NCBI RefSeq assembly: GCF_018350175.1
Contig: NC_058368.1
Coordinates: forward strand, 49,663,815 to 49,727,814
Length of the DNA stretch: 64,000 bases
Source: Felis catus
Taxonomy: Eukaryota
Reading direction: 5' to 3'
Of the stretch, positions 37,700 to 50,804 are shown one piece after another. Below the pieces are notes generated by a model, which saw nothing but the letters and a program-made list of their open reading frames with translations, had not been told where the DNA came from and made no database searches. The position numbers were made by a program, and so were the translations under genes. Each line of letters begins with the position of its first letter. Positions within the stretch are counted from its first letter, which is position 1.

Positions 37700-38330
37700 T
37701 ATCTTTTTTTTATCATTTTATTTTTTTATCATGATAAGTGTACTCTTTAATTCCCATCCATTGTTTCCTTCATCCCCTCTACCCACCTCCCCTCTGGTAA
37801 TCATGAGCTTGTTCTCTATAGTTAAGAGTCTAATTCTTGGTTTGTCTTTCTCTCTTTTTTCTCCTTTGCTCATTTGTTTTGTTTCTTAAATTCCACATAT
37901 GAGTGAGATCACGTGGTATTTGTCTTTCTCTGACCAACTTCTTTCACTTAGCATTATACTCAAAAGCTCTATCCATGTTGTTGCAAATTGCAAGATATTC
38001 TTCTCCTTTATGGCTGAATATATACATACATATATATACATACACACACACACACACACACACGTCAATGGACACTTGGACTGCTTCTATAGTTTGGCTA
38101 ATGTAAGTAATGCTAAACATAGCAGTACATGTAACCTTATGAATTTATGTTTTTATATTTTTTGGGCAAATACCCAGTAGTGCAACTCCCGGATTGTAGC
38201 GTAGTCTTATTTTTAATTTTTTGAGGAAACTCCATACTATTTTCCATTATGGCTGCACCAATTTCCATTCCCACCAACAGTGCAAGAATGTTCCTTTTTC
38301 TCCACATTCTCACCAACACATGTTGTTTCA
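37700..38330 (-). mobile_element. Carnivore L1 3' end with internal (CA)n
   Basis: Minus ORFs give L1 ORF2 C-terminal motifs (FATTWIEL..IMLSE); ttccacatatgagtgagatca. Confidence 0.9.
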
Positions 38331-38445
38331 AATGATAATTTTCAAAATATTAAAGACTTGACTTTCAAGCCAAATAAAGTTAACATGTGTCAAAAATTGT
38401 ATTCAACTTATTTATTAATGACTAATAGGGAATTTGAAGAACAGA

Positions 38446-38464
38446 TGTGTGTGTGTGTGTGAGT

Positions 38465-38497
<33 letters not shown>
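38446..38497. repeat. (GT)n microsatellite
   Basis: Direct reading. Confidence 0.95.
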
Positions 38498-38810
38498 TTT
38501 ATATTTATATTTATAGGCAATCAGGAATGCTGAAATAAATTTGCTAATAGAGGCAAAATTGCTTATTCTCTTGTAGGACAAGAAAACATAATATCTGGGG
38601 TCCTGTTTTTTAGAAGTGAAAACCAACACAGTATCTCTAGTCCTCAAAATTCATTTGCATTACTATGGACAAGAATTATCAGCATTACTAATAGTGTTTT
38701 AACAAGTTAACTTCTTCCCCCACAGTGATGTAAAATAGTCTAGTCAATAGAAAGGCAATCAAAGAAGCACACACCTATAAATCATATAATCCTCCTAGGA
38801 TCCTCTAGAC

Positions 38811-39202
38811 CATCATTTCTCAACATTGGCACCATTGATATTTGGAGCTAGGTAATTATTTGTTGTGACAGCCTGTTCTGTGCATTGTAGAATGTTTAAG
38901 AGGATCCTAAACCTCTACCCAGTAGGTACAGTAGCACATGCCTCACACATTTCTGACAATCAAAAATGTCTCCAGGTAGATCCTAAGAGTTCTAATCTCA
39001 AGGGAAAAAATGTTTTTTCTTTCTCTTTTGTGTGTGTATGTATGTGAGATGATCTAAACTTATTGTGGTCATCATTTCACAATATATAAAAGTCAAGTCA
39101 TTATTTTGTACACTTTAAACTTATATATACAGTGCTGATGTCAACTATATCTTAATAGAATGGTGGAAAATGTCTCCAGACATTGCCAAATGAGAACCAC
39201 TC
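38811..39202 (+). mobile_element. MER20 (hAT-Charlie) split by an L1 fragment
   Basis: ttctcaacattggcaccattgatatttgg...tgtgcattgtagaatgttta...aaaatgtctccagacattgccaaatg; 8-bp TSD ctctagac/ttctagac. Confidence 0.85.
38976..39166 (+). mobile_element. L1 3' end fragment inside MER20
   Basis: 13-bp TSD aaaatgtctccag at 38963-38975 and 39167-39179. Confidence 0.85.
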
Positions 39203-39339
39203 TTCTAGACAATGCCCCATATGCCACAGAAAAGACATTTACTGGTACCCCTTGCCCACTTTCACATCTTAGACAATGTTTGCTCTCAAGTCAGAACCAA
39301 TATTCCCCACCACCACCACCACCACCACCACATCTTCTG

Positions 39340-40200
39340 TACCCTCTGAACTGGGTAGAAGTAGAGTTTTTAGAGAAAGCCAGAAAAAATCTGAACCTTT
39401 GCTCTTTTGAGTGAAGTTCCAGGGCAACAGGGTTGGGAGAAGTACAGTGGAACCTCTTTGAAATAAGAGGAGTCAAGAGGAGAGAGAAGCTGAGCTATGG
39501 TTCTCAGGTAAGTGTTGAGGAAAATAGCAAGCCACAGAGAAGTTCCCCACCTATATAGTGAAGAGGAGAAGAGCAGAAGGCTTACCTAGGCATGGGAGAG
39601 CTTTGAATTTTATAAGACCTAGCAATTCAAAACCTAAGTGGGTTCTAGTGTTTAATGAAAGAGATAGAGCCAGCAGGGCTTGACCCAAGCTAAAACAAGA
39701 GGAGGCTCCTACAGAAGGATGCAGTAGGAAGAGTCCTCCTGGGGACCAGCTAGAACAAGTTCACATCAGAAGGCTGTTGGCTGAAGGGAGCTGAGGAGAG
39801 CCCAGTCAGGACCTGTCCCATCTCAGGATACATTCAATGAAGCACCCCACACTGCGTGTGCTGAAGGCCCAGAGGAGCAGGTCATAAGCTGGCACAGGAC
39901 AGAGTCCACACAGGGAAGAGGCAACCCTTATCCCTCCACCACTGTGCTCTATATTCCCACCATATAGTGTAGCCTCAAGTCCACGGGGATATGTGAACAA
40001 AACCTAACATGTCCTAACTGTGACTGGACTAAGTCTGAGGTGACTGAGAAATCACTGAATCTGACACAAGTTCCCAGAAGGTTACTAAACTGAATTTTAT
40101 ACTATGCTCAGATTGGGAGTTCAGGGCCCCAAAATAAAGTTTTATAGAGAATAAAGTTATATTTTTTCACGCTCAAATTTGTGACTATAAAATATGTACC
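39340..40200 (+). mobile_element. Possible ancient LTR
   Basis: Purine-rich body ending aataaagttatatttttt...aaatttgtgact; family not identified. Confidence 0.3.
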
Positions 40201-40574
40201 CCTCCTGGGATAGGAAAGTCCCTGGACTGTCTACGAGCCTGAGATTTTCCTACAGATAGACATGGAGCTTGCTGTGGAAAAAGTAAGACTGAGCTAAAAA
40301 GAATGAACAATAACCAATGGAGAAAATTCTCCAGGAACTAGGAACTCAATAAGCCTCCAAAACTGTAGGGGGCACTGGCCTATGCTCACTACATGGATGT
40401 GAACTTACTATAAAATTTCTACAGCATAAAATCTATGTAACAGCTGATTGTTTTCATAGCACAGATTTTCTTATGCATTTTAGCCACCATATCACAAACA
40501 AATGAGTTACAGAAAACAGATATTCCAAGACTCCAATATATTTATTGATTTTCAATCAGAAGAGCAAATCATTT

Positions 40575-41520
40575 ATAAATTCAACAACCGGTCATTGAGC
40601 ATATTATGTGCTCAAAGCTGATCCAGTCTCTGGAGACAGAGCAGTGACAAATGAATTAACTCCCTGCTCTCCTGATGTTTATGCTTTAGGGAGAGAGACA
40701 GACATAACCCTCCAGAAACAAAATAAATATATTATGTGGTAGGTACTATAAATAAAAATAGAACAAGGTAAAGGGATACAGTAAGTAACATATGTTAGGT
40801 GAGTATTCAGGGAAGGCTTCCCACATAAAGTGACTTTTTAACAGAGTCATGACTAAAGTGAAGAAACAAATTATTGGCTATCAGAAAAAGAGTGTTCTAG
40901 ACAGAGAGAATAATAGGTTTGCAAACCCAGAGGTGTGGGTGTGCTTGGACTGTTTGACGATGACCAAGGAAGCCACTGAGGAAGGAACAAATGAGCAAAA
41001 GCAAGCAGAAGATGATAGGAGGTAAGGACAGAAAGGATGGTCGAAGCAAGGTTACGTAGGTCAAGGACTTTGGGCCGGTACTTTGTTGACATAAGAATGC
41101 ATTGGAGAGATGTTAAGGAGAAGCATGGAATAATCTGAAGTACTGCTGGGTTGAATACGGACTATAAACGTTATAAAATGGAAACAAAGAGAATACCTAG
41201 AAGGTTTTGCAAGAAATGCGGTGGAATTAGTGTGGTGACGATGAGTTCCCAAGAAACTGTCATATTTAGGATACATTAGAAGGTAGAGTCAAACAGAATT
41301 TGCTGGTAGATTGAATATATGGATATAAAGGAAAGAGTTAAAAATAAACTCCCAATTTTTTTTGAGTTAGAGTTATCATTTGTTGAAGACTAGGGAATAA
41401 ACTGGCAGGAGAATCAATAAGTTGGAAATGTTAAGTAGACATTGGATATTCAAGTCTAGAATTCAAGAGTTTAGGGCTGAACATATTGTGTTTGTGGAAG
41501 TCATCAGCTTATGGATGATA
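40575..41520 (-). mobile_element. L2 fragment
   Basis: ttcaacaa...ttgagc, cagggaaggcttccc, tgcaaacccagaggtgtgg, caaggactttg, gaatttgctggtagattg. Confidence 0.85.
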
Positions 41521-41619
41521 TTTCTTTATGAGTTCCCCAAGAGTACTTTTATTTTGAAGGACTTCCAAATGGATGAAAAACTGTTGCCAATGTACAGCCT
41601 AAAATCCAAACTCATAGAA

Positions 41620-43175
41620 TAGATATTTTTTAATCTTTCACATCTGTCAAAGAAGGATCTCAGCTGGATATGAAAAAATTCTATCATGATAGATGGTACT
41701 CCATCTATTTTAGGTCAAAAACCAATATGTATTAAAGTTTTAAAACAAGAGACTGACATTTTCTTTATTATTGCTTTGTTCCATTGTACAGTACACATTG
41801 AAAAGATATATGCTCAGTTTTCTGAAGCAGACTTTACAAAAAGGGTCACAGATACAGTTGTTAAAATCATCAGTAACTATGTGCAACTGATTAATCATTG
41901 TCAGTTAATAGAATTATTAAATAGTAGATAAGTAAATAAATATAATAATAAATAGTAGGCAAGATTTAAAAAATGTGTGTTCTGGGCCAAGGCTGTTTAT
42001 TCAAGTCATGGAGGCATTTTACAAAAATGTGTTGTACTGTGAACTATTCACGATTTTCTTGAAACAAAGGGAATACTTGCCAAATATTCACTAAACCAAG
42101 GCAAAAGGGACTATGTGATTTTTTATAGATATCACACTGCATACAAATGAGCTAAATTTGAAGTACCAAGGAAAAAGAAACATTATTTGTGACTTAGCTA
42201 AACAAGTATAAAAATTTATATTGAAATTGAAATTTTTCATAATACATGTAAGTAATGTACATATTTTTCTAACAAGAATCAATGTGCAGAACATGTTAAC
42301 TGTAATTCATGTGTTATGTAAATTGGCTGTGAAAACTATAAGAAAAATGTGAAGAACACTTTGTTGATACTGGTAAACTTATTTAATTTTTTTTATGTTC
42401 ATTTATTTTTTGAGACAGACAGAGTGCAAGCGGGTTAGGGGCAGAGACAGAGGAAGACACAGAATCCAAAGCAGGCACCAGGTTCTGAACTGTCAGCACA
42501 GAGCTGGATGACGGGCTTAAACCCACGAACCATGAAATTATGGCCTGAACCAAAGTTGGGCGCTTAACTGAATGAACGACCCAGGTGCTCCGAGATTAGT
42601 AAATTTAGAATTGTTTTCCAAATTATGCCATACCCCTCTGAATTCAATGTTAACAATACTGAATTGGCACAAGAGTTAGTGAGGTTACTTAAGTTGGATA
42701 TATGTAGTTTCAAAACTCATATGTGGCTTCAAAGTCATATTGATGCTTTTAAAAAAGATAAACCCATTTTGTCAATGTGAATGTGAATACAAGAGAACAA
42801 TTACTTTTCCAGTCTCAGTTTAATTACTGGGAATTTTTTAAAGTATTTAGAAAAGCTTGGATATGTGAATCTATGTTTCAACTATAAATTTTATCAAATC
42901 TGAATGCATATCAAGTATTCCCAATGAAAATTCTGTAGTTAACATCCAAATTGAGATGTGCTCTAAATGTAAAATACAAAACAGATGTCAAAAGACTTGG
43001 TAAGAAAAACAGAATGTAAAATATTTTACTAATACCGTCTATATGGAATACATGTTGAAATGATAATATTTTGGCTATACTGGGTTAAATAAAATATACT
43101 ATTAAAATTAATTTTATCTTTTTCTTTTTTTAATATGGTTACCAGAAAATTTGAAATAACATATATGGCCTACAT
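41620..43175 (+). mobile_element. Charlie1-like hAT transposon remnant with decayed transposase
   Basis: ORF 41686-41931 contains DG..I.G and HCxxH motifs of hAT transposases; 3' end matches Charlie1/MER33 (acatgttgaaatgataatattttgg...gggttaaataaaatata). Confidence 0.8.
42385..42591 (-). mobile_element. CanSINE inside Charlie1
   Basis: T tail, cagaatccaaagcagg, ends cccaggtgctcc. Confidence 0.9.
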
Positions 43176-43177
43176 TT

Positions 43178-43725
43178 CTTTCTTCTTTTAAATTTTTTTA
43201 TTTAATTTATTTCTTTAATTTACATCCAAGTTAGTTAGCATATAGTGCAACAATGATTTCAGGAGTAGATTCCTTAATGCCCCTTACCCATTTAGCCCAT
43301 CCCCCTCCCACAACCCCTCCAGTAACCCTCTGTTTGTTATCCATATTTAAGAGTCTCTTATGTTTTGTCCCCCCCACCGTTTTTATATTATTTTTGCTTC
43401 CTTTCCCTTATGTTCATCTGTTTTGTATCTTAAAGTCCTCATATCAGTGAAATCATCTGATATGTCTTTCTCTGATTAATTTCACTTAGCATAATACCCT
43501 CTAGTTTCATCCACGTAGTTGCAAATGGCAAGACTTCATTCTTTTTGATTGCTGAGTAATACTCCTTTGTGTGTATACAATGTATACATACATATGTATA
43601 TATACATATACATATATACACACAATGATGTGTGTGTATATATATATCTATATATATACATATATATAGATATATATATACCACATCTTCTGTATCCATT
43701 CATCCATTGATGGACATTTGGGCTC
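43178..43725 (-). mobile_element. Carnivore/felid L1 3' end
   Basis: Minus ORF 43439-43699 has EYYSAIKKNEVLPFATTWMKLEGIMLSEI (L1 ORF2 C-terminus); TSD ctacattt. Confidence 0.92.
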
Positions 43726-43805
43726 TACATTTATTTCTATGGGCAGTTACTAGTCTGGGTGTATATATATACCACAATGATATATTTATATATATGTGTG
43801 ATATA

Positions 43806-43839
<34 letters not shown>

Positions 43840-44647
43840 CACACACACCACATCTTCTGTATCCATTCATCCATCGATGGACATTTGGGCTCTACATTTA
43901 TTTCTACGGGCAGTTACTAGTCTGGGATAAGGGCAGCAGTGAATGTGCTTCTGTATTTGAGGGTGCAGGTCAGAGAGAATGTTGCTATGTAGCCAATACT
44001 TACTGGATGCAAATGTCTAAATAGGAACACCTCCAATCTTAGGTATATTTTACAGGTGTTACATGGGAAGTGCCTTTTTTTTAAATCCAACAAGACATTC
44101 ATTTTCTGTTTAAGACCTTAAGCAGAAAAAGGTTCTTCCCATCCAAAAAGATCAAACTCATCCGCTGACATGAAACTCGAGAAATTTGGCAAAGACGTTG
44201 GAGATGACAAAGAACATAGATACTGAGTATTTAGATTAAAGAGTCAAACAGCATATTCCCAATACTTTACAGTAAAACAGGCAACCAGCCTTTACAAAAC
44301 ATTTCATAAAGAAATCAATGTACCTGAAGTAGATCTAGTGTGTAGATATTATACCACAACAAGTGAATGAGCAAAGATCAACTTTTACAAGTCTTGAAGC
44401 AGCCAGCTCAGCACAGACAGTGGTGAATCTGCAGAAAGCATCTACAAAGCCAGAAAGAAAGAGAGGCTGGGCAGACCAGATATTCTTTCTATTGGTACAC
44501 TATTACAAGCACTGATTTAGCAAGAAAGAATTGGAAGCTAATGTTAAAGCTAACTATAAACTATTTATGGTTGGTGAATATTGTATGCATTTATAATCTA
44601 TAAGGTAAAAACTAAATTGAAAGAAGTCTCAATCAATAATTTGAGTT

Positions 44648-44849
44648 CTTTTTTTTTAAATGTTTCTTTATTTTGAGAGAGAGCTCAAGCGGGGGAGTGG
44701 CAGAGAGAGACAAAGAGAGCGAGAATTCCAAGCAAGCTCACTGCTGCAAGCTCAGAGCCTAATGCACGCTGGATCTCACCAACTGTGAGATCAGGACCTG
44801 AGCTGGTCAAGAACCAGACGCTCAACCTACTGCGTCACCGGGAGGCCCC
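44648..44849 (-). mobile_element. Diverged CanSINE
   Basis: T tail, gagaattccaagcaagctc, gtgagatcaggacctgagc; TSD aataatttg. Confidence 0.85.
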
Positions 44850-45153
44850 AATAATTTGCAATCTTGAATTCACAACTTAATTTTTTTTTCACCATTTTCA
44901 CAAAAATCTACTTTAAACAACCCATCTAGGGACATATATAGAAAGATATAGAAAGATACAGGGGCTGAGTGGACTCTCTCCGTCAAGATTAGATGCTGGC
45001 ATCACAACAAGAAAAAAGCAAATGAACAGTCCCTGCTAAAGAATTCAGCTTGAGGCATGTTTCCATCTGGATGTGCATGGCTTGCCCTAATACCCTCACA
45101 AATCAGGAAAGAACCAACATCATTATGTCAACACTTGGATTGTATATACTGAT

Positions 45154-45581
45154 TGTGAAGAATACATAAAAGAGATTACCTGGAAGATGCATTGTTAGAA
45201 GACATCATGGAGGGAATGTGACCACTGGTGGACCAGCGTGCCGGACCGAGGAAATCAGAGGCTCCTTGCCTCCCCTGGTCTTCGAGGGTACAGTCTGCCC
45301 CTGCACGAGGAGCCACTTCACGGATGCAGCTCTGAGAGAGCAGTGTGTTGTTGCGACCATTTGGACCCACCCGTTAGGGCCTCTATATAAATTCCTAATA
45401 TCCTGACAGGCAGGGGTGAAGTTCTCCGTCTTCATGGCGCTCAAGACAAGCCTCCTTCATAAGTTCCCTTGCTTGTTAAACCTGCCGCTTGCCTTGCCTT
45501 TCTCCAGTCTCTCCTCGCCCTCCGCGCTCACGGGCCAGTTTCAAATCTCACCTGAGAAAAGCCTGAGGCTGCGAACCAATA
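45154..45581 (+). mobile_element. ERV solo LTR
   Basis: TATA box tatataaa (~45384), aagttcccttgcttgttaaacctgcc polyA-type segment, ends gcgaaccaata; 5' boundary uncertain. Confidence 0.65.
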
Positions 45582-45593
45582 TATAGCCACAGA

Positions 45594-46039
45594 CGGTAGG
45601 TCCACTCATCTGCAGTTTTGCTTTCCGCACTTTCGTTACCCACATCAACCACCACTCAGAAGGAGCTAATCCTCCTCCTGACGAATCATCAGAACGCCAG
45701 GTCCCAGTGCCTCCCGTCACTCGCTTTACGTCATCTCAGCACGTAGGCATTGCATCATCTCACGTCAACTCAAGAGGGAATGCGGTAGGGTAAAATATTT
45801 TGAGAGGCCACATTACATAACTTTTATTACAGAATGTTGTTATAATTGTTCTGTTATTACTTATTAGTGTTAATATCTTACCGGACCTAATTTATAAATT
45901 AAGCTGCGTCTTAAGTACGTATGCTTACCAAAAAAAACATAGTATACATAGTGTTTGGAACTATCTATGGTTGCAACCATCTGCTGGGGTCTTGGAAAGT
46001 ATCCCTCGTATTCCCCATGGATAAAAGAGGATTGCTGTG
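45594..46039 (+). mobile_element. MER44 / Tigger7-like element
   Basis: gcagttttgctttccgc...ttacccac, cacattacataacttttattacag, ggggtcttggaa...ggataaaagaggattgctg. Confidence 0.8.
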
Positions 46040-48786
46040 GCTAATATCCTCAAGAGATTTTAAAGAGTAACGGCCTATATTAAGTACCAGCATTGATGCA
46101 ATTGCAGATGGGTGTTGCTTTACCTCTCTGGAATTTTTCTTTGCTTTTCCCTTTTTTTTTTTTTTTTTAAAGTGAATATAAAATTTTGGTTCTCAGCCAG
46201 AGGATCCTATCAGAAACCCCTAAGATGTTTTTCTAAATATGCATTCCTATCTCTGGGGGAATCTTCCCTGCCATGACTGAGGGAAGATTGGGGGTGGTCA
46301 GGAAGAAGGGTCTGTCATATAGCTTTTGAAAAAACTCCAGGCTGAGTACCATACACTGCTTGACTTGTGCACCCCATTCCCCACCACTGTCCCCAGCCCA
46401 CTAAAACAATCCCTGATTCTATGACTCATTGAATCATGAAATAATCTAATAGATACGGCATAATACATGTCTCACTCACTGAATTCTGTGACATCTGACT
46501 GCAAGTGGCCTCTCCACGATAATGAAGTTCCTATGACTGAGCACTCCCACATGCCCTCTTCCAAACAACAACAACAACAACAAAAAAATCTTAACACCCT
46601 TCCTTTAATTTATTCAAATCAGTTTCGCATGCAAACGAGAGCCAAATTAGAAAATTAAACCTAGCAGACAGAAATGCACTAAACATTTGCAGGATAAGCA
46701 CATGGAAAGTACAAAAATCAGTTTTTATTATGAAATTTGTAAAAGCAGCTTGCTTCCAATTTGGAATCTTCTTCCAAATGAAATCATTTTTCTTAGCCTC
46801 CCAGCTGTGCAGTCCTCGCTGTTAGAACATCCAGTTCACAGAAGTCAGAGGGGCAAATGAGCTGCTCTCTCACCTTATGGAGCAGATATAGGGGTTTTTG
46901 AATTTTAGCCAACCAAAGAACATTCTGCATACGTTGTCTGTCTCAAATGTTGGGACAACAGTTAGCCTATCTGACAGGGTAACTGATGAATGACAATTCA
47001 ACCAATAAGTGGTTTAAAGTGTTCTGTTATTCTACTTTGCATTTAAAGAGTTAAGTATTGCTCTAGGATTATTTGGTTTTGAAGATATATTTTGAGATTA
47101 AATCAACTGCTAGAAATTGCATTTCTAAATAATAATATGTCTAGGAGATTGCCTGAAAGATTTTGCCAGCCTTCCCGAAAAGATGCCGGTGCATGAGCTA
47201 TCTATCTTAGAAAATTTTAGATTGATGGTAAAATGATATGTAAACGTAAGTGGAGGGAACGCTTTTGTTCTCTTTCTGCAATAGAAGTTTTGAAAACATT
47301 TCTCCATTTATATGCTTTATGAAAAAGTAATAAATTCCAATTGGAGGACGAAATATAGTTAAAACTTATATTCAGAGTACCATTCAAAAAATATGAGGAA
47401 ATGTTACTAAATTGTATGCATGGCTTGTCGCCAGCACCTGCATTTCAGAAAGTAAGCAAGTAGTGCAGGTGACTACATATTTTTATAAACTCACCTATAA
47501 TTGAGTTTGAATGAAACAGAGGATAAAACCTATCAACAGTGTCATGTTTTATTGTCAAAGATATTCCAGCTCTGGCATATGTGCTTAATATCTTTTATTC
47601 TAAAGTTATGGAATTTTTTGCTTTCTATTTCTTTATTATACTAAATTTTAGAATTTTATTGTTCAAAATTATGTATTTCTTGAGGAAAATTAAAAAAAAG
47701 GAGTTCTATTGTCCAGAGTTAACACTCTCTGTGGACTTCAAGAATATATATGTGTATTTATTTACATGTATGTGTGTGCACATGTATGTGTACAGTGAGA
47801 AGAAATGTTAAAATTGCATTTATTCAAAAACATCTCCCATCTTTATATGAATGTAACAAGGCGTCTTGGATCAAATTTTCCTTTTCAGAAAAGCATCACT
47901 TGACTGACCCTGCTTACACAAAAGTAAGGGTAGCAGGCACCTATTACCTAGAGGAAAGATATAGCAGAAATTTCTGGAGCCTAACAAAGTCTTGCCTTCT
48001 CTGTATCCCTTGTTAGGCAGAGTCAGCATGTGTGGAAAAGATGGGCAAATTTGCATAAGGATCTAGGAGCCTCCCAGGAAGAAAGAAAGGTAAGAGTGAT
48101 GTTTTCCCTTTTGAAGTTCATTGTTAGTAGAATTTTTCAGATGGTCATGACAACAACCTGATGGTAGAAAAGGACCCCAGAGCTCCAAATGGAGGTCTCC
48201 AACAGGGTAAAGGAATTCTGGGGTAATCCAGGCCTGAGGTCTAGGGAAGAGCTTGTCCCAGCAGTGTGTGGCTGACCCTAGAAGAGCCTTGAGGCTCTCC
48301 TCACCTATTATGTGAGGACAATTAAATACAAAAGAGGTAATGTTAGGATTCTGAGCATGGAGCCCACGTGGCCTATGTGGATATCAGAAGCAGCCAACAG
48401 ATTGCTGCCTCACTGCAGCAGGAAACAGAGATACATATTACTGCTAGAATAGTGTGACCCAGAGAAGGAACTCAAGGAACTCAAAGCATCAGGGGAGCAA
48501 GGCAGGCAAGAAAGTATATGGAGCCAATCAATCAAAGCAATGACTGCTAAAGACAAGGCCCACCACTGAAACAATCAGATTGTGCCCAGACCCTTTTAGA
48601 CTGAATAAGCTCCTGAAGTTCTTGAATAATTTGGGGTAGAATAATCCTCAAGTAGGCCATGGGACTTTCTCCTAAAATAAAACTATGGAATCCCCAAAGA
48701 TCTTTGAGGTGAAAGGGATGTGACTGTATTTGTAACTCGTTCTGGTGATGTGATCATACCAGTAACATGTAAAAATAGATACATAC

Positions 48787-48828
48787 TTTATTTCATATGA
48801 TGATAATCTTTTCATCATATGAAATAAA
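48787..48828. repeat. Perfect 17-bp inverted repeat, 8-nt spacer
   Basis: tttatttcatatgatga - taatcttt - tcatcatatgaaataaa. Confidence 0.95.
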
Positions 48829-48884
48829 AGTTCTTATAAATTGCTATTTTTTTCTTAGTTTTATTATATGTTGATTCAATTAGT

Positions 48885-49070
48885 CATCCATTCTTTCAAT
48901 AAGCATTTATCAAACACCTAAGATGTACCAGGCACTGTTCATACTTTTTGGGAATACATTGCCTAGCCCTTGAGGATTTCACAGTTTAATAGGCAAGAAC
49001 CACAAATTACAACACAACTTGGTAAGTACTGTCATTGAGAAATGAACAAAGCATCATGGAAAGCCAAATG
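48885..49070 (-). mobile_element. L2 3' end
   Basis: ttcaataagcatttatcaaacacct...gtaccaggcactgttc. Confidence 0.7.
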
Positions 49071-50489
49071 AATATCATACAGAAGTGGTTTTATTTCCTA
49101 TTTCTCTGACCACTATCTAATCTCCCTTCTTTTTTGCTTTGCTGTGGACAGGGAAGCCACAGAAGGAAAGAAAGCCCAGTAGGATGGTCAGGTCAGATGA
49201 AGATGATCACATCATTAGAAGGTCTGAGGTGAATTATTAAATTTTTTTTTAAATACTGCAATCTTTGAAATTCAGTGAGTTAGGACTCAAAATGAAGGTG
49301 CCTTTTGATAGAATTTGATAAAGAAATTTTACTAATCTTTTAGAGTATTATGCAAATGGTAGCTATTGTTATTCCAATTCTGGATCATTGTCACCTTCTG
49401 TCTGGATTCAGAGCAGAGAATAACCTACCCTCTGCTTTTGGAAACCTCTTTCATTACTCAGGACAAAGGTAGGAATGGCCATGCCCCACTCAGAGGATAC
49501 CACTTGACCCCTCCTGGGCAGCCTTGGCCCCTTCCTCCCTGGTTTATGTATGTCACAAACGTGAAGAAGGCTCTATCCGTGGAGGTAAGAGATTAAGGAA
49601 GCTCATCTTTGGAAAAGACAAAGGTATTTTTTTTCTTTAATTCATTCTATAACTCCCAACTCTTTCTGTCAGCCAGGCTGTCTTCTCTGGCTTCCCAGAT
49701 TCAATATAGTACTTGTGTACTGAGGATGAGGCAGAGAAAACAATTTGCAATTCTCCCAATTCCATGCTTACCAGAGGTATTCCTTCTGCTCCTCTTCATC
49801 ACTTTCAGCCTCTTTTCCAAGGAGGCATTATGGAAACTTACAAATAGGGAGTTGGGCTTCAGGAACTTAGAGCTTTACAAGCAGATGACGTATTTTTAAA
49901 ATGTCACTTGATGGATACGTTCACTCACCTAAATCTACCTGGTTGCAATGGCAGCTGCCCACTCAATTTCCCTTTAAAAACTCACAAATGCATGTGGCAA
50001 TAATTGTAGGTCCGCTGGCAGCTGATATGTTTTTACAAAGTGAAGGAGTCGCCATCTAAAAAACCTATAAACTGTCACAGTCTGTCATCATTGCAAAGAT
50101 GAGGCCATTATTTAAATTAGACTGTGAATTATTTTTTTTCCTCTGTGATGGCTTTTCAGATGGTGATATGTCATAAGCAAACCACAATAAACTGGCCTTA
50201 AGCATTCTCAACCCATTAGTCCTGCCTATAATTTGGTGCTTTCAGGAAAGCATACAGATGATGTAAAAAAGATTTTGTCAGTGTTTACGCCTGCCAGAAA
50301 AAAAAAAAATCCAAGGAAATGTTTCTGACATAACACCTGAATATGAGCTGGGCATTATGACTGCTGCAGGTAGGAAAAAATAAATGAGCCTCATTTATTG
50401 CTGGCTATGATATCTCCTCGGTGAGAAGTCTCTCTTCAAATCAGGACAAAAGTAATCTCTCACATTTGTTTACTGTTCAGGAGTTCCTA

Positions 50490-50690
50490 AAGCCTTCAAG
50501 AGATACAATTTTACTTAATTTTCACAATAATGCTGTGCATTGGAAGAGCGGGTGGGCTCATCATTATACTCATTTTACATAGGAGGAAACCAAGTCTTAG
50601 GGAATTTTTGGTGACTCACCCAAGGTTACAGCAGAGATAGTAATGACAGAACAATCTGAACCCAGAGCTTCTACCTCCAGAGCTCCTCTT
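50490..50690 (-). mobile_element. MIR fragment
   Basis: cattttacataggaggaaacc...gtgactcacccaaggttacagc. Confidence 0.75.
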
Positions 50691-50804
50691 TGAGAAAGCC
50701 TGCTGTGGAGTATTTTCTTGCTTTAACCTCTTTTGCATAATGAATTCATTTTCAAGTGTTTCAAAAACATGAACAGTCAAGTTCAAGAGGCAGTATCTTA
50801 ATGT

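Noticed and set aside
39505..39513. Perfect CAG|GTAAGT donor
   Set aside because: No supporting exon or promoter context; lies in a probable old LTR
47950..48780. Possible ancient LTR or retrocopy
   Set aside because: No family, ORF or TSD could be supported by eye
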